A stretch of DNA of 64,000 nt from NCBI GenBank assembly GCA_024679065.1, contig JAGIQG010000014.1:38750001-38814000 (forward strand), in the 5' to 3' direction. The DNA is from Sphyrna mokarran. Its lineage: Eukaryota. Positions within the stretch are counted from its first letter, which is position 1. The number at the start of each line of letters is the position of its first letter. A program made the position numbers and the translations under genes. Below the pieces are notes generated by a model. The model ran no database searches. It had not been told where the DNA came from and saw only the letters and a program-made list of their open reading frames with translations. This document shows, piece after piece, positions 26,406 through 40,690 of the stretch.

Positions 26406-29049
26406 CCTTTAATGTTAAATTTGCTGGAAATGTAGCAAATTTAATTTGTATCTAACACACAAATACAACAACTTCATATGATTTGATGCAGAGGAGGACA
26501 GTGAGATTCTGTCTTTGTCAACTTAACAACAGACACGCAAACCTAGATAGCGTTTTTGGATATTCATGTTAAACTGTACCTGCTACTTATCCAAAGACCC
26601 TGTACAGTGCAATTTACTTAAAAAAAAACAGCAAACACTGCTTACTTCAGGGTCATTTTGACAGCAAACACTGGCCACTCGAATTTCACTGCAAGAGTAT
26701 AATACTCATATCTTTATCATCTTGACGCAATCCACAGCATTTGCAGTGAAATTCTAAGCGACTAAATAATAAATAGTACAACAGTGCCACCTTTGTTTCA
26801 TTCAAGATTGTTCATCTGAGGTTTATCATGAGATTTCACATCTAATTCCTTGGCAATCCTAGAAGATTGTACTCTATGCACATAGTGCAGCATTCCATTG
26901 GCAACGTGTTTGTACAATTTATGACATTTCTTGTAAATTGAATGAATTGATAGTTTTCTATTTCTTGGGCTCAGAAATCAAGCACAATGATCTTCAGAAA
27001 TCATATTCTTTATCACATGAACGAGGAAATGTACCTTGCTAATCATTATGCTAATCAAGAGAGCTGTTTATTTTTTGGGTTGGCTACCTTTGTCACTTTT
27101 TGTAAAGCACGTTCAGTTGTAATTAACAATGAGGTCCAGTGTGCTACTTCCCAGAATTCAACAATTCAAGAGTTGTTTAAGTAACAAACTGAAATTTAAT
27201 AATGCAGTTTCATGTGAAAATAATTTTACTGATAAAGACTGAGACAAACAGTAACTAAAATGTACAAATAAAGCTGACTATTGGAGAGGACACTGTGAGA
27301 GGGTGGAAAAACGTAGTTGAGGTGAGGAGTCATGTGTCCTAATCCTATTGCTATTTCTTATGATCCCATGAGCAGAATTTTATGTCTTCCGGTTGGTGCA
27401 CATTCTGACATCATCCTACATTACAATATTTTGATCGGCAGGCACAAGCATGAATTGGCAATGTGCCAGCCAATGGTTAATGAGCCAATTATGGGGATTA
27501 TCTACCCTATTGCCTGGAATATTACATTGCTCATATGATTGTTGGGTCATTGCATGGGCAGAACTGGAAGGCGGGCAATACGTTTTCCAAGTATTCTACA
27601 TTTTGGGTGGGAAGGGAGGGTCAGTGCAACAGTCTGAACCCCCCCCCCCTCCCCTCAGGGTACCCCCAACCATCCTGCTCCTGAGATACTAGGATTTATC
27701 TTGGGAATGGTCCTGCACTTTGTTCAAGACAGGGCACTGTAGTACTTCTTTTGACCACTGCACTGCTCTGTCTGGAAGGGTAAGAGAGTTGTTGGCCAAT
27801 CAGATTGGCTGACAGCTCTCATAGGTAGGACTTCCTTCCGAGATGAAAATCCCGCCTACTTCCGATCAATGCTCAATTAAGTTTTAAATACCAGTGGGCT
27901 TCTGAGAGTTAGTTGGAGTGCCTAATGTGTCAACTCTTAGGATTGTGCACAATGATTGTTTGTCATTCTAAAAATTCTATCCTATGAATTTTGATTTAGT
28001 TTTAGATGAACAATCATTATCTGTCACTGAAGAGAAAATTGGGTTTTCTCCATCACTCTATTCTGCTATCCTCACTGAGTAAAATGCAACCTTTCTGCTC
28101 GAACTTGCTTCCCATAGAAAAACGAAAGCAGTTGTGTATCAGGATGATTTCTTTCTCCTATTTGTGATTGCATTTATGGACAGAAACTACAGCTTTAGAA
28201 ACTGGTATAGATAGATACGTTCTCGATTGACAAGTGGATCAAAGGTTATGTGGGAAAGCTGGAGAATGGAGTTGAGAGACTTATCAGCCTTGATTGAATG
28301 GCAGAGCAGACTCATTGGGGCAAATGGCCTAATTCTGTTCCTATATCTTACGGTCTTATGGTATGATCTCATACAACTTTGTTAAAGGAGAATATCATAC
28401 AACTGCAGTAAAGACTTGATTTAGCCACATCAGCCTCTTTTGAGTGGCATGTTTGGAGCCAATAGTTCCATTCTTTATTGTCATATTCAATTTGATAATT
28501 GCTTCGGGATTCCTCTCTAATCAATTGGAGGAGGAAGAAGAAGAAGAAGATGAAAGGAAGAATATGAGAGATGTTCTATTCCACTATAGAACATCTATAG
28601 TGTTTGCCCATTCTGCTAGACTTCCGTATTGTCTAATAAGTGCCCATTGAATGCTGCTTTCACTGGCATTGCTGCACCAAGGGAGCAGTGATTAGTTATG
28701 GTATCTACTGGACATGTTCTTTAAATAGCTCTTTATTGGTAATTCAACCAAAATCATTTTTGGCTCAAAATATTCCATGCTTTTATTCCCTTATATTCGT
28801 TTTCAAATTTCTCAGGACTGTTATTCATGTGATTCCTTCCTGCCATATGTTCCTCTGCAAAAGCATCAGCCTATAGCTTTTTTTTTGATTATTTACGTGT
28901 GGGATACTTACTAATTGAAACTTTTTATTCAGTAAATGCTAGCTGCCAGGGAGGGCATCACATGATTTGAAGGATCTGCCAAAGGAAGGTTTTCTAATGA
29001 AAGGGAAATGAGCAGAAATTTGAATAGACAAACTGGACTGGGTTTAACA

Positions 29050-29256
29050 ACCCCAAGAAGGGAAAGGAACCCTGAGAAAGATGCTCCCGGAGTCTCCTAC
29101 TGTTACCCGAAAGTGTTCTGTTGGATCTTGGGGACTACAGTAAGGTGTGCTGTTATGGAAATAACAGAGGAAGTCAGCAGCATAAGTATGTCTCCTCCAA
29201 CTTGGGGACAATGCACCAAGAGGATCCAGGATCTAACGAGAGTGAGAAAGGTGAGA
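29050..29256 (+). pseudogene. Harbinger Myb/SANT-like accessory ORF remnant
   Basis: AVMEITEEVSSISMSPPTWGQCTKRIQDLTR resembles the W..IA..V......RT..QC.KR..DL trihelix motif and is followed by the splice donor AAG|GTGAGA. Confidence 0.6.
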
Positions 29257-29759
29257 TACATACACTTTTTAATGGCAAATTCTACACTGTGACTTTTCCT
29301 GCATTCTCTTCCTCAGCAATCCTTGGATCAACACTCCATTCAATCCCATTCCCTGAGGCATCACTCCAACTCAGCAGCCATACTCAGCATCATCTTATTG
29401 CCCTCTTGCATGCATGTCTCCCAGTAACTGGGCATAAATGTAGTCCTTCCCTGCCACCCAGACAAGCCTTTACTAACACTCTAACCCTCTTGTCCTTGCA
29501 GCAGAGAGCACAGAATCAGGGAAAGACAGTAACGGGGGGGAGAGCTGGCAGCGACAGGCACATTGACAGACACTGAAAGGCAATATATATCCACGTGGCC
29601 CACTGGTTCCCTCATTCAAATTCTTGATGTATATTATGAATTATAATAAATTGGCTTTCACATCATTCTCTTTCCTCTTCACATTTTAAAAACATGAATC
29701 ACATTCTGCCTAAATCTTCCTGACTTCTGAAAAATAACTTTTTCAGTTTCTCTAGAAGC

Positions 29760-31620
29760 TGATAATCACAATGTTTGTTTCTCTCTTTACCCCTCTTGCC
29801 CAAGTACTGATCCCTGAAGTACCCCACTAGTTATCACTTGCCACTTTGAAAAAGACCTATTTATTCCTACTTTTTGTTTCATATCTGTTACCTAATTCTC
29901 AATCCATGCCAACATAATATCCTCAGTCTTAAGCCCTTTAATCTTGCATATCAAACTCTTACGTGGAACTTCATCAAAAACTCTCTGAAAATACAAACAC
30001 ACCATATCCATTGGTTCATCCTTATCTATTCTACTAATTACGTTCTCAGAAAATTCCAGTCAAACATGATTTCTCTTTCATAAATATATGTTAACTTTGT
30101 TTAATCTTGTTGATATTTTCTAAATGTCCTATTACCTTATCTTTTATAATAGACTCAAACATTTTCCATACTACTGGTGTTAGGTTAACTGGTCTACAAT
30201 TGTCTGTTTCCTCCCTCCTTCCTTTCTTAAATAGTAGGATTACACAATCACCATCCAATATGTCAGTACTGTTCCAGAACTATCAGAATTTACACATCAC
30301 TATTTCAATGGCCACGCACTTTAGTACCCTGTGTTTCAGTTTATCAGGCCCTGGGAATTCATTGGCTTGCAGTCCCATTAATTTCTCTGACACTGTTTCT
30401 AGTAATATTAATTTCCTTCAATTCCTCCTCTTCTTAGAGTCTTGATCACATAGCATTTCTGGGAAATTATTTGTATCTTCTGCGAAGATAGAACTAACAC
30501 ATTTGTTTAATTGCTCTGCCATTTTCTTGTTTTCTATTATAATTCTTCTACTTTGAACATTTGTCTTCACTAATCTTTTTCTTTCTATATACTTACAGAA
30601 GCTTTGCATGCCACTTTTGCGTTCTTGCAAGTTTACTATCCCCTCTAAATTTATCTTTTAGTTTTCCTTTGCTGAATTTGGAACTGCTCCCAATCCTTTT
30701 GCTTGCTACTTTTCCAAGCAACTTTATATTAATTGTCTTTGGATCTAATATCCTTAATTTCTTTTGTAAACTGTGGTTGTGCCATTTTTCTTGTTGTGTT
30801 TTTGCACCAGAAAGAAAACTGCTGCAATTGCATTTGTTTGTTCCTTAAATATTAACTATTGTCTAACTGTCATCATGACTTATAATGAAATTCCTCAATC
30901 TATGTTTGCCTTATCCTTTGAGTTTCCTTTGTTTTGATTTAGAAAGTTGGTTTCAGTTCAGCCTTCTTCACTGTCCATACTCATGAAGAATTCTATTATG
31001 TTATGGTCACTGTGTCCTAAAGGACCCCGCACAACAAAATTATTAATTAATTCCTTCTCATTGTGTAATACCAAATCTAAGATAGAATGTTCTCTAGTTG
31101 GATCCTCAACATACTGATCTAAAAAAAACATCTACACATAGGAATTAACCTGCCACAGTAATGTTGCTAATTTGGTTTACCCGATCTATATGTAGATTTA
31201 AGTCACCCATTATTATTGTAGCACCCTTGTTACATGCATCTCTAATTTCCTGTTTAATACCTGCTACTACTGTTTGGAGTCTTAATGACGACTCCCACTA
31301 ATGTTTTCAACTCTTTGTTGCTTCTTCGCTCCATTCAGAACTGATTTTCTGAGCCACTATCCTCTCTCACTATTGCACCAATTTCATCCTTAACTAACAA
31401 CACCACCCTATCTCCTTTTCCCTTTTTGTCTGCCCTTCATAAATATCTAATACCCTTGGACATTCAGTGCCCAGTGTTGGTCAGCTTGCAGCCTTGTCTC
31501 CATAATCGCAATCATGTCACATCGTTGCATACTAGTTTGCGCTGTTAATTCATCTAACTTATTACAAATGCATTCAGACATAGTTTGTTTTTTAACATTT
31601 TTACACTTTTTTTGTATCAT
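29760..31620 (-). mobile_element. Decayed CR1 LINE ORF2 (~1.9 kb, internally deleted)
   Basis: Reverse-strand NYRPV.LT-like motif at ~30170-30200; ORF 30418-30630 SFCKYIERKRLVKTNV...MAEQLNK. Confidence 0.8.
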
Positions 31621-32379
31621 GGCCCTATTTGGTGCTACCCTTATTTTCTCTGCTTTTCATTTTTGCTTTTCATTTTTGCTTTCTATTTTTGTTTCTATGT
31701 TATATTTCTATTTTTGTATGTTGTTCATTTCTATCTTTGTTTCTCTCTCTTATGTTTTCCTACTCAGGTTCTCAATCTGAGAATCTAGTAAATACTCCTG
31801 TGAGGATATTGGTCCCAGTCATATCACATCATGTATATTCGTAATTATTGAAGTTGTCATTAAAGAATTACATTGAAATAAGGATTTCTTTACTTCAGGA
31901 GATGATTGAAGTAGAGTTAATTGCATTTCTTAAAGTATAAGTTGTTATATTTTTAAAGTGATGGAATGAGCATGCCTATGGAGAGGACAGCATGTTTGGA
32001 TTAGTTTTTGATTGCCCTGGTAGAGTTGGCCAATTGTCTTTAATAATACACCTCTATATTTCAGGAACGTTTGTTATTATTCAAACAAACAAAATTCATG
32101 CTGGTGTACCAGAGCTTTTATCATTAAATTAACTCTTTATGATCTGTGCCTAATGATGACAAATCTGCTGCACTTCTGTGGCAAGCATTCAGTGGAATAA
32201 CTATGTACTAGGCCTGGACTTGAATATATCAACTCCAAGCCAGTGCACCAAGTTTTCAAATTACCATATAATTAATTAAATCTTCATTGGGCTTTTTATA
32301 AAGCCAACAGCATAGTGAATGTAAAGAATCCAGTTTTGATAGGGCTTCTTGATGCCACACCTGGTCAAATGGGCAGGTT

Positions 32380-32800
32380 ATCACTGCGAAAGTGCCGCTT
32401 GATAGCACTGTCGGCAACGCTTTTCTTCACTTTTCTGAAGATTGAGAGTAAACTGACTGTGTGTGTTGAATATGTTTTGCTTTTTGTGGACTGTCTGAAC
32501 AGTTTCCCACATTGCCTGGTTGATGCCAGCGTTGTAGCTGTACTGGAACAGTTTGACTAAGAGCATAGCAAGTTTTGGCATCTTCAAGTCTTCATTATTC
32601 TTGCTGAAATGTTGTTAAGACCTGTAGGCCTTTAAGTGTCCAGTGTCTTTTGCTGTTTCTTGATACCTACATGAGTGAACTAAATTGGCTGAAAACTGGT
32701 ATTTGTGATGCTTGGGCCACAGGAGGATACTGAAATGGATCATCCACTTAGTACTTCTGACTTAAGATTGTTGCAAATGCTTCAGCCTCATCTTTGGCCT
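32380..32800 (-). mobile_element. CR1/L2-type RT fragment
   Basis: LVKLFQYSYNAGI...WETVQTVHKKQ (ORF 32381-32587); same family as 48950-50200. Confidence 0.7.
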
Positions 32801-35169
32801 GCAGCAATGTCAGTGCCGGAGATCACTGTCAAGTGTAATCCTAACATTATCACATCATGAAGGAGTTTCAGACCACCCAGTATCTCCATTAATGATCTTT
32901 AACTTTATTGGATTTGAGCATGTCTTTACATTTTACTTTTTATTAGGAGAGTACCATTTATACATGGGAGAAAATAGCGAGTTTGGCTAAGCTTGTGAAA
33001 TGCAAAGGTATTAATAGTTGCTGAATATTAGCAAATAATAATACTGAAAACTTTGATAGAACATATGGAAATAATGAATTGTGTAATGAATAACAGAATC
33101 AAACTTTGTCAGAGACAGGTTCCCTACCAGTGTGCTAAAGCTGTAAACAAATCCCTTTAGGAGATAATCCCTGTTTTTGCATATTTTGGGTGCACTTCAG
33201 TACTGTCACAACTACTTAGTTAGTAGCTTACGTTTCAGGAATCCTCTTATTTTAGCTTTACTTTTAATTACTACTGTTCAGTACTGTATAGGCAGCACAT
33301 TATTCATGTCATTATTATTGTTATTATGTGTTTCTTTGAATGGGCATTCATGATGTCAATGTTCAGTGATATGCTAATCAGAGATACTATTTATAACGAC
33401 TGTTTTGGATTCTTTTATTTATTTTCTGGTGACTTTCCTCAATTGTTCCTCTATGTTTGAGCATTCTTTATTTCCAAGAGAAATTTTTCCTCAGGGCTAT
33501 AATTCCAGAAACTGCGATTAGGAATCAACATATTGGGCTGAATTTTCTGGTCCTTACTGTTAGCGGTATCTTCTGGCCTCGCTGATGCCAGTTTTCTGTG
33601 ACAGGTTCCCCAGTGGCATGGATAGCAAACAACCCAAAATGCCATAAGTGTTGGCAGGACTGAGAGATTCAACCATTAGAAAACACATCACTTGGAGGGG
33701 GGGGCGGGGAGTTTGAGTTGGGCATTTGTGGAGAATCCACCTCCATAGTCAGGTCTTGAGGTCCTGATCTATTGTGCATACATGGTTTTAATCAGTCCAC
33801 CATTAATAGTCACGCCTTGGCACTAAGCTCTGGAATTCGCTCCCTAAAACCCCTTCTCCTACCTATTCCTACCTTCTCTTTTAAGATGCTCCTTAAACCT
33901 TACACTTTGATTACCTGCCCTAATACCTGATTTTGTGGTCCAATGTCAAATTTATTTGATAAATCTAGTTGTAAAGCACTTTGAGATTTTTTACCACATT
34001 AAAGGCATTGTGCAAATGCAAGTTATTATTCTATATTGCTCTCAGAACTAATCTGCACATAATATGGTATGGAATTGTTTTAATTTAGTTTCAAGCAACA
34101 AAGGACAAAGAAAATTACAGCACAGGAACAGGCTTTTTGGACTTCCAAGCTGCACTGACCATGCTGCCTGACTTAACTAAAACCCCCTACCCTTCCAGGG
34201 ACCATATCCCTCTATTCCCATCCTATTCCTGTGCTTGTCAAGATGCCCCTTAAAAGTCACTACTGTTTCCTTTACACCTCAGGTCAAATGCTGAGATCAT
34301 AAACAGATAGGGAGTGGAAACATGATGCAGTGATTTGAAAATGAGGATGGCAATGTTAAAATCATGAAACAAAAGTAGGTCAGTGAACTCAGGGGTTCAT
34401 AGAACTTGATGTGAGTTTGGATATAGTGCAAAGTTTCCTTTTCGCAATGGAGCTAGCTAGAAATGTAATGAGTGGAACTTTCCAGCTGCGCTCATCCCAA
34501 AGCTGGAAAACTAAGCCCGAGGTAAACGGACCTTTTCATGGCCCATAGCCCATGTCCCATCCACCATGTGGCAGGCATGATGGTAAAATTCCAGTGGAGA
34601 TATCAACAATCCAATGCTTCCAACAAGGATCAGCATTCATAAGCTGTGAACTTTAGGAAACTATGCAGTCAATGAAATTCTAGCCATTTATATCCATAAA
34701 TATGAAATCACTAATAGTGTGCCTGTAATATCCAATTTCTGGCTCTGGGATCACAGAATTGCCTTGATGGGCTATAGTTATTTGTATTAACTCCGATATC
34801 ATCAAAATGTGTTGGACAGCATTCACTTATTTCAAGTTGCTAAGTGGGGTCCGTTCATAATCACAAATTAATATTTAATAAAAATTTTATAGGATTTAAA
34901 AGTATGAGGTAGCTTGAAGAGGAAGAAGTGCAAAAAAGCAGGTAAATACAGCATTTCTAATATTGTCGAATTGGATTCTGATCCTTATCGTTAATCTCAA
35001 AGAGAAGGCACAGCATCTATTTCTGAACGTCAATAGAGTGCCATCAATCATGGCAATGCCATTTTCAGGAATCCCAGCAGCATCAATAAAGTGAATGGCG
35101 GAAATAGGACCATTCAAGCAGCCTGCCTCCAATTCTTCAGATATTGGCCGTACCTCATATTAAAAGAGA

Positions 35170-35420
35170 AAACGTAATGGAGGGGGGAACCTGCTGTCAC
35201 TCGGGGTGGGAAATGAAGATGGTGGCATAGGCCAGATGGAGGAAGGTGGCAAGAGTTGTGAATGCCACTCCAGTCACAGTCAGGATGACTGTGTGTAGTA
35301 GCATGGCCCCTTTAATGAGTGAGATTTTGTGAGTCACATAACTGTGCATGAACCAATGGAGCACAAGCACATGAACCAGGGCCAATCAGGAGCACAGATG
35401 CAATTCCTGGTGCTGGAAGG
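35170..35420 (+). pseudogene. Second Harbinger Myb-like remnant
   Basis: ARWRKVARVVNATPVTVRMT resembles W..VA..VNA.....RT. A weak DDE-like ..GIP....MIDGT motif lies on the minus strand at ~35030-35090. Confidence 0.4.
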
Positions 35421-37775
35421 ATTCACTTGGAGTCTAGGCATTGTCTGAAATATGACAGCATTTGTTGTGCTGTTAAGCCCTTAGTTGTACATACTGCTTT
35501 TTAATTGACAAATCTTTTAATTTGTTACTTGTTACGAGTTACTAAACTTTGCAATACCAGAATGCATTTAATGGTCTGACAAAATGAGGATAAATAAAAA
35601 TAGAGCATCCTGGCCCTCCCTCAGTGATCTACAACACAACGGGGCAACATTCCCCAAAAAAAGTCAGTGTCCAATGTGCAGAAAAATGGGAGGTTTTCCT
35701 GCCTATTTTTGGGGAGAGCTGAGTTTTGTGAATTTATGGCACTCTGCAAGACAGGGGTTATCAGGCGATTCATGCCAGTGAAGGGGGACTGGAACCTAAA
35801 CCTGCTGGAGAGGCCAGCAACAGACTGCTCAGGCAGCCATTGGACGTGTGCCAATCTCCCAGTATACTGGAAGATGGGTTGACATCTCATCCCCACAGTT
35901 GCCTCGGGCAGGGTTTTCCGGGCTTGGGATGAGCAAGGCTGGAAAATCCCTCTCCTTATATTTCTGGCTAGCTCCATTGCATTACTCTGTATCCGAACTC
36001 GCATCAAATCCCATGAACCCCTGAGTTCACCGATCTATTTCTGCTTCATAATTTTAATTGCTGGTTCTGACCCCACCCCTCAACCATCACTTCTCTCCCA
36101 GCCCCAGGAAGCAGCAACAGAGATGCAACAAATAATAAACATACCCACATTTGTACAACATTCAGCCATCAGTTAGCATCTAAACATGGACCAGACAGAT
36201 GGCAGGTGGTCATAAAGTAGCTCCCAGGGAATATAGAGTGACTAGCACTGGTCAGGAATGGTTCCATTTCATACTATAGTGTCCAGGTGATATCTTTGAT
36301 TATTGCAATACTGGTAGAATAGACTCGGTTCTCTAAGAAATCATTCTTGAAAGTTTAGATCTTTTAGAATTTAGATCTGTTGCTTGGGAATATAAAGAAA
36401 GACCAATGTAGACAGGAGAGCATTGCAATTCCTGGAGAGGATTTTATGCATGGCCTTTCTACATATTTCCAAGTCAACCATGATTGCCGACTGCTCTGAT
36501 CAATTCTTCAATTTGATGGGCTTTGTGCCTTTCTGACAAACCAGACTGCCTTTTCTCCTCCTCCAATTCTTTATGGAAACAGAAGTTGTGTAATAATACA
36601 GAAAACCATCACAAAGTGCAGAATTCAACTTGCAGCATTCTGCAATGTTTTTCTGGATTGATCAAACTTCCATATGACGATTTGATAACTGCAATTAGCT
36701 TTCTGTCTTGAAGTTCTGTTTAGAGGCAGGCACTCATGGTGCTATCATTACCTGGGGAAGCAAAAGGAAGGCTTTGTTGTTGAACATCAGATAGCTCTAT
36801 ATCTGATAAAAGGAACTGGATTGTTGCAAAATTATTACAGCTCCAAGCAAAGTGGACATTGACACATGGGATTCATTGCTGCTGATTATAGGCCAGCTGT
36901 TCATTGATTGCGTGAAGTCCTTTCTCTGTAAGGAAATTCATGTGGTTTATAGATGAAACTAATTAATACCATGATAATTATCATTATACCCTGAGGGAAA
37001 TCAACCTTTCAATGGTTGTATAGCGGTAATTGTACTGATGCATGCTGGGATCTCTCCACAGTGCTTATTGCCATGACTGTGGAATTCTGGGATTTATAGT
37101 CTTATGCATACTTCTCACGTATCCAATGCCATAAAATATCAGCAAATGTGTACATTATTCTGAAATATGAAATTGTCATATTTTTATGTTACAAACTTTA
37201 TTTGTAGCATTAAAAATTTCAATTGACAGCTGAAAGGATTTTGTATTTTATTTCTGAGTGATTTAGTTTCATTATTGTTCTTATCCCCATTGCCAGATTT
37301 TTGTTACTATTCATAGTTATAGGTTTGCTGTTGTTTTCAAAATATGAGAAGTGAACCAATTATACTCATGTCTAGGCTTCCATGATGGGATAGTCTTGCT
37401 TTCCTTTTTGCTCACAGTGTGAGTTAATTGACTTTTATAGGACATTACTATATTATATAATGAAAAATATATTATTTTGGTAGCATGGTGCAACTTAAAG
37501 GATGCCAAATCTAATAATGTTAAGTAACACAGGTTCAGATCAGATTGGTTTTTGGTACACAGGTATTAGCTTCCGTTTTTAAAGGCGCAGTCACTCAAAA
37601 AGTACAGATTATGTTGAAACTGAGTTGATTGTCTTTGTTTCCTTGACACTTTTTTGGAGCTGTACTAGGAAAAAAAAGGAACAGTGAGATAGATTGGAAA
37701 TGCCTATTGGACATAAGAACTCAGTAAGAATTTAGCAACACCAATTTTAAATCCAACCGATTTATTTGATAGTAA

Positions 37776-37817
37776 ATCTGCAAGCTTTCGACACTCTTGT
37801 GCCTTCGTCAGGCAAAT
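37776..37817 (-). ncRNA. Minimal hammerhead ribozyme, inverted-arm copy
   Basis: Reverse complement reads ATTTGC-CTGACGA-A-GGCAC-aaga-GTGTC-GAAA-GC-TT-GCAGAT (cleavage-site base U instead of C). Confidence 0.85.
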
Positions 37818-38031
37818 GCAGTGTTCTGGTCTGCAATTGCACACATATCAACACAGACAGTCACAGATTGCTGATTAGAATGCGAATCCTAACATCTAAC
37901 CTGCTATTCAAGTGTTCAAGTGGCTAACAATGTGTGTGAAGGGAATCCTGAGCATTGGTTAGAGAATTGTGTATTTTCTCCAGACAGCACAGTAAGTGAG
38001 GTTTTTTGCTAACCCAGGCAAGTTACGGGGG

Positions 38032-38530
38032 TTACAGATAGTGTGTCATGAAGCCAAGATCCCTATTAAGACCGTCCTCATGTGTGCGGAACTTGGCTAT
38101 CAGTCTCTGCTCAGCGACTCTGCGCTGTCGTGTGTCACGAAGGCCCCCTTGAAGAACATTTACCCGCAGGTCGGAGGCCGAATGCCCATGACTGCTGAAG
38201 TGTTCGCCCACAGGAAGGGAACTGTTTTGCCTGGTGATTGTTGAGCGATGCTCATTCATCCGCTGTCGTAGTGTCTGCATGGTCTCCCCAATGTACCATG
38301 CTTCGGGACATCCTTTCTTGCAACGTATTAGGTAGACAACGTTGGCCGAGTTGCAAGAGTATGTACCGTGTACCTGGTGAATGGTATCCTCACGTTTGAT
38401 GATGTCGTCCATGTCTATGATCTGGCATGTCTTGCAGAGGTTGCTGTGGCAGGGTTGTGTGGTATTGTGGTCACTGTTCTCCTGAAGGTTGGGTAGTTTG
38501 CTGCGAACAATGATCTGTTTAAGGTTGTGC
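38032..38530 (-). pseudogene. Inverted duplicate of the PLE GIY-YIG C-terminal coding region
   Basis: ORF 38032-38598(-) matches 40096-40476(+) with about 9 amino-acid differences over 126 residues. Confidence 0.9.
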
Positions 38531-40476
38531 TGCCCCCGACTGGACATGTATGCCCAAGCCATCAGGAGGTGCATGAACACCAGATTCATCAACCGCACTT
38601 ACAGGACAGTCCCGAACATCACCCAAGCACAAAGCAAGGCCATCCGTGCTCTCAAGACCAACCGCAACATTGTCATCAAACCAGCAGACAAAGGAGGCGC
38701 CACCGTCATACTGAACAAAACGGACTACTGTGAAGAAGTGTACCGACAACTAAACAACGTGAGACACTACAGACAGTTATCAGCGGATCCGACCAAAGAA
38801 CACACTCGTCAACTCAATACTCTGATCAAATCCTTTGATCCGGACCTTCAGAACACCCTCCGGGCTCTCATTCCACGTACTCCCCGCATTGGAGATCTCT
38901 ACTGCCTCCCAAAGATACACAAGGCAAACATACCCGGCCGTCCCATCGTATTGGGCAATGGGACCCTGAGTGAGAACCTCTCCGGCTATATCGAGGGCAT
39001 CCTGAAACCCATTGTACAAGAACCCCCAGCTTTTGTCTTGACACTACGGACTTCCTACAGAAACTCAGCATACATGGAGCAGTTGAACCAGGGACACTCC
39101 TTGTCACAATGGATGTCTCGGCGCTCTACACCAACATCCCCCACGATGATGGTATTGCTGCAACTGCCTCAGTACTCAATGCCAACAACTGCCAGTTTCC
39201 GGATGCAATCTTACAACTCAATCGCTTCATCTTGGACCACAATGTCTTCAACTTCAACAATCAGCTTTTCATCCAGACACACGGAACAGCCATGGGGACC
39301 AAATTCGCACCTCAGTATGCCAACATCTTCATGCACAGGTTCGAACAAGACTTCTTCACCACACGAGCTCTTCAACCAAGGTTATATACTAGATACATTG
39401 ATGACATCTTTTTCCTTTGGACTCATGGTGAACAATCATTGAAACAACTGTATGATGGTATCAACAAGTTCCATCCCACCATCAGACTCACCATGGACTA
39501 TTCTCCAGAATCAGTTGCATTCTTGGACACACGCATCTCCATCAAGGACGGTCACCTCAGCACCTCACTGTACCGCAAACGGACAGACAACCTCACAATG
39601 CTCCACTTCTCCAGCTTCCACCCTAGACACGTTAAAGAAGCCATTCCCTATGGACAAGCCCTCCGTATACACAGAATTTGCTCAGATGAGGAGGATCGTG
39701 ACAGACACCTCCAGCCGCTGAAGGATGCCCTCGTGAGAACAGGATATGGCGCTCGACTCATCGATCGACAGTTCCGACGTGCCACAATGATAAACCGCAC
39801 TGACCTCCTCAGAAGACGAACACGGGACACGGTGGACAGAGTACCCTTTGTTGTTCCAGTACTTCCCCGGAGCGGAGAAGCTACGACATCTTCTCCGGAG
39901 TCTTCAACATATCATTGATGACGATGAACATCTCGCTAGGGCCATCCCCCCCTCCCACTTCTTGCTTTCAGACAACCGCACAACCTCAAACAGATCATTG
40001 TTCGCAGCAAACTACCCAACCTTCAGGAGAACAGTGACCACAATACCACACAACCCTGCCACAGCAACCTCTGCAAGACATGCCAGATCATAGACGTGGA
40101 CGACATCATCAAACGTGAGGATACCATTCACCAGGCACACAGTACATACTCTTGCAACTTGGCCAACGTTGTCTACCTAATACGTTACAAGAAAGGATGT
40201 CCCGAAGCATGGTACATTGGGGAGACCATGCAAACACTACGACAGCGGATGAATGAGCATCGCTCAACAATCACCAGGCAAAACAGTTCCCTTCCTGTGG
40301 GCAAACACTTCAGCAGTCATGGGCATTCGGTCTCCGACCTGTGGGTAAATGTTCTTCAAGGGGGCCTTCGTGACACACGACAGCGCAGAGTCGCTGAACA
40401 GAGACTGATGGCCAAGTTCCGCACACATGAGGACGGTCTTAACAGGGATCTTGGCTTCATGACACACTATCTGTAA
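38531..40476 (+). pseudogene. PLE reverse transcriptase-GIY-YIG endonuclease ORF, 5'-truncated, ~3 frameshifts
   Basis: Motifs IVIKPADKGGATV, LYCLPKIHK..PGRPIV, MDVSALYTNIP, QTHGTAMGT, RYIDDIF and NVVYLIR.KKGCPEAWYIGET are spread over ORFs 38489-39442, 39109-39918, 39848-40093 and 40096-40476. Frameshifts fall near 39020, 39855 and 39955. Confidence 0.92.
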
Positions 40477-40690
40477 CCCCCGTAACTTGCCTGGGTTAGC
40501 AAAAAACCTCACTTACTGTGCTGTCTGGAGAAAATACACAATTCTCTAACCAATGCTCAGGATTCCCTTCACACACATTGTTCGCCACTTGAACACTTGA
40601 ATAGCAGGTTAGATGTAAGGATTCGCATTCTAATCAGCAATCTGTGACTGTCTGTGTTGATATGTGTGCAATTGCAGACCAGAACACTGC

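Noticed and set aside
28517-28560. Poly-Glu coding segment
   Set aside because: A simple (GAR)n microsatellite without splice or homology support.
38489-39442. Intact 317 aa CDS
   Set aside because: It starts in the inverted arm and shifts out of the RT frame near 39020, so it is a chimeric ORF call.
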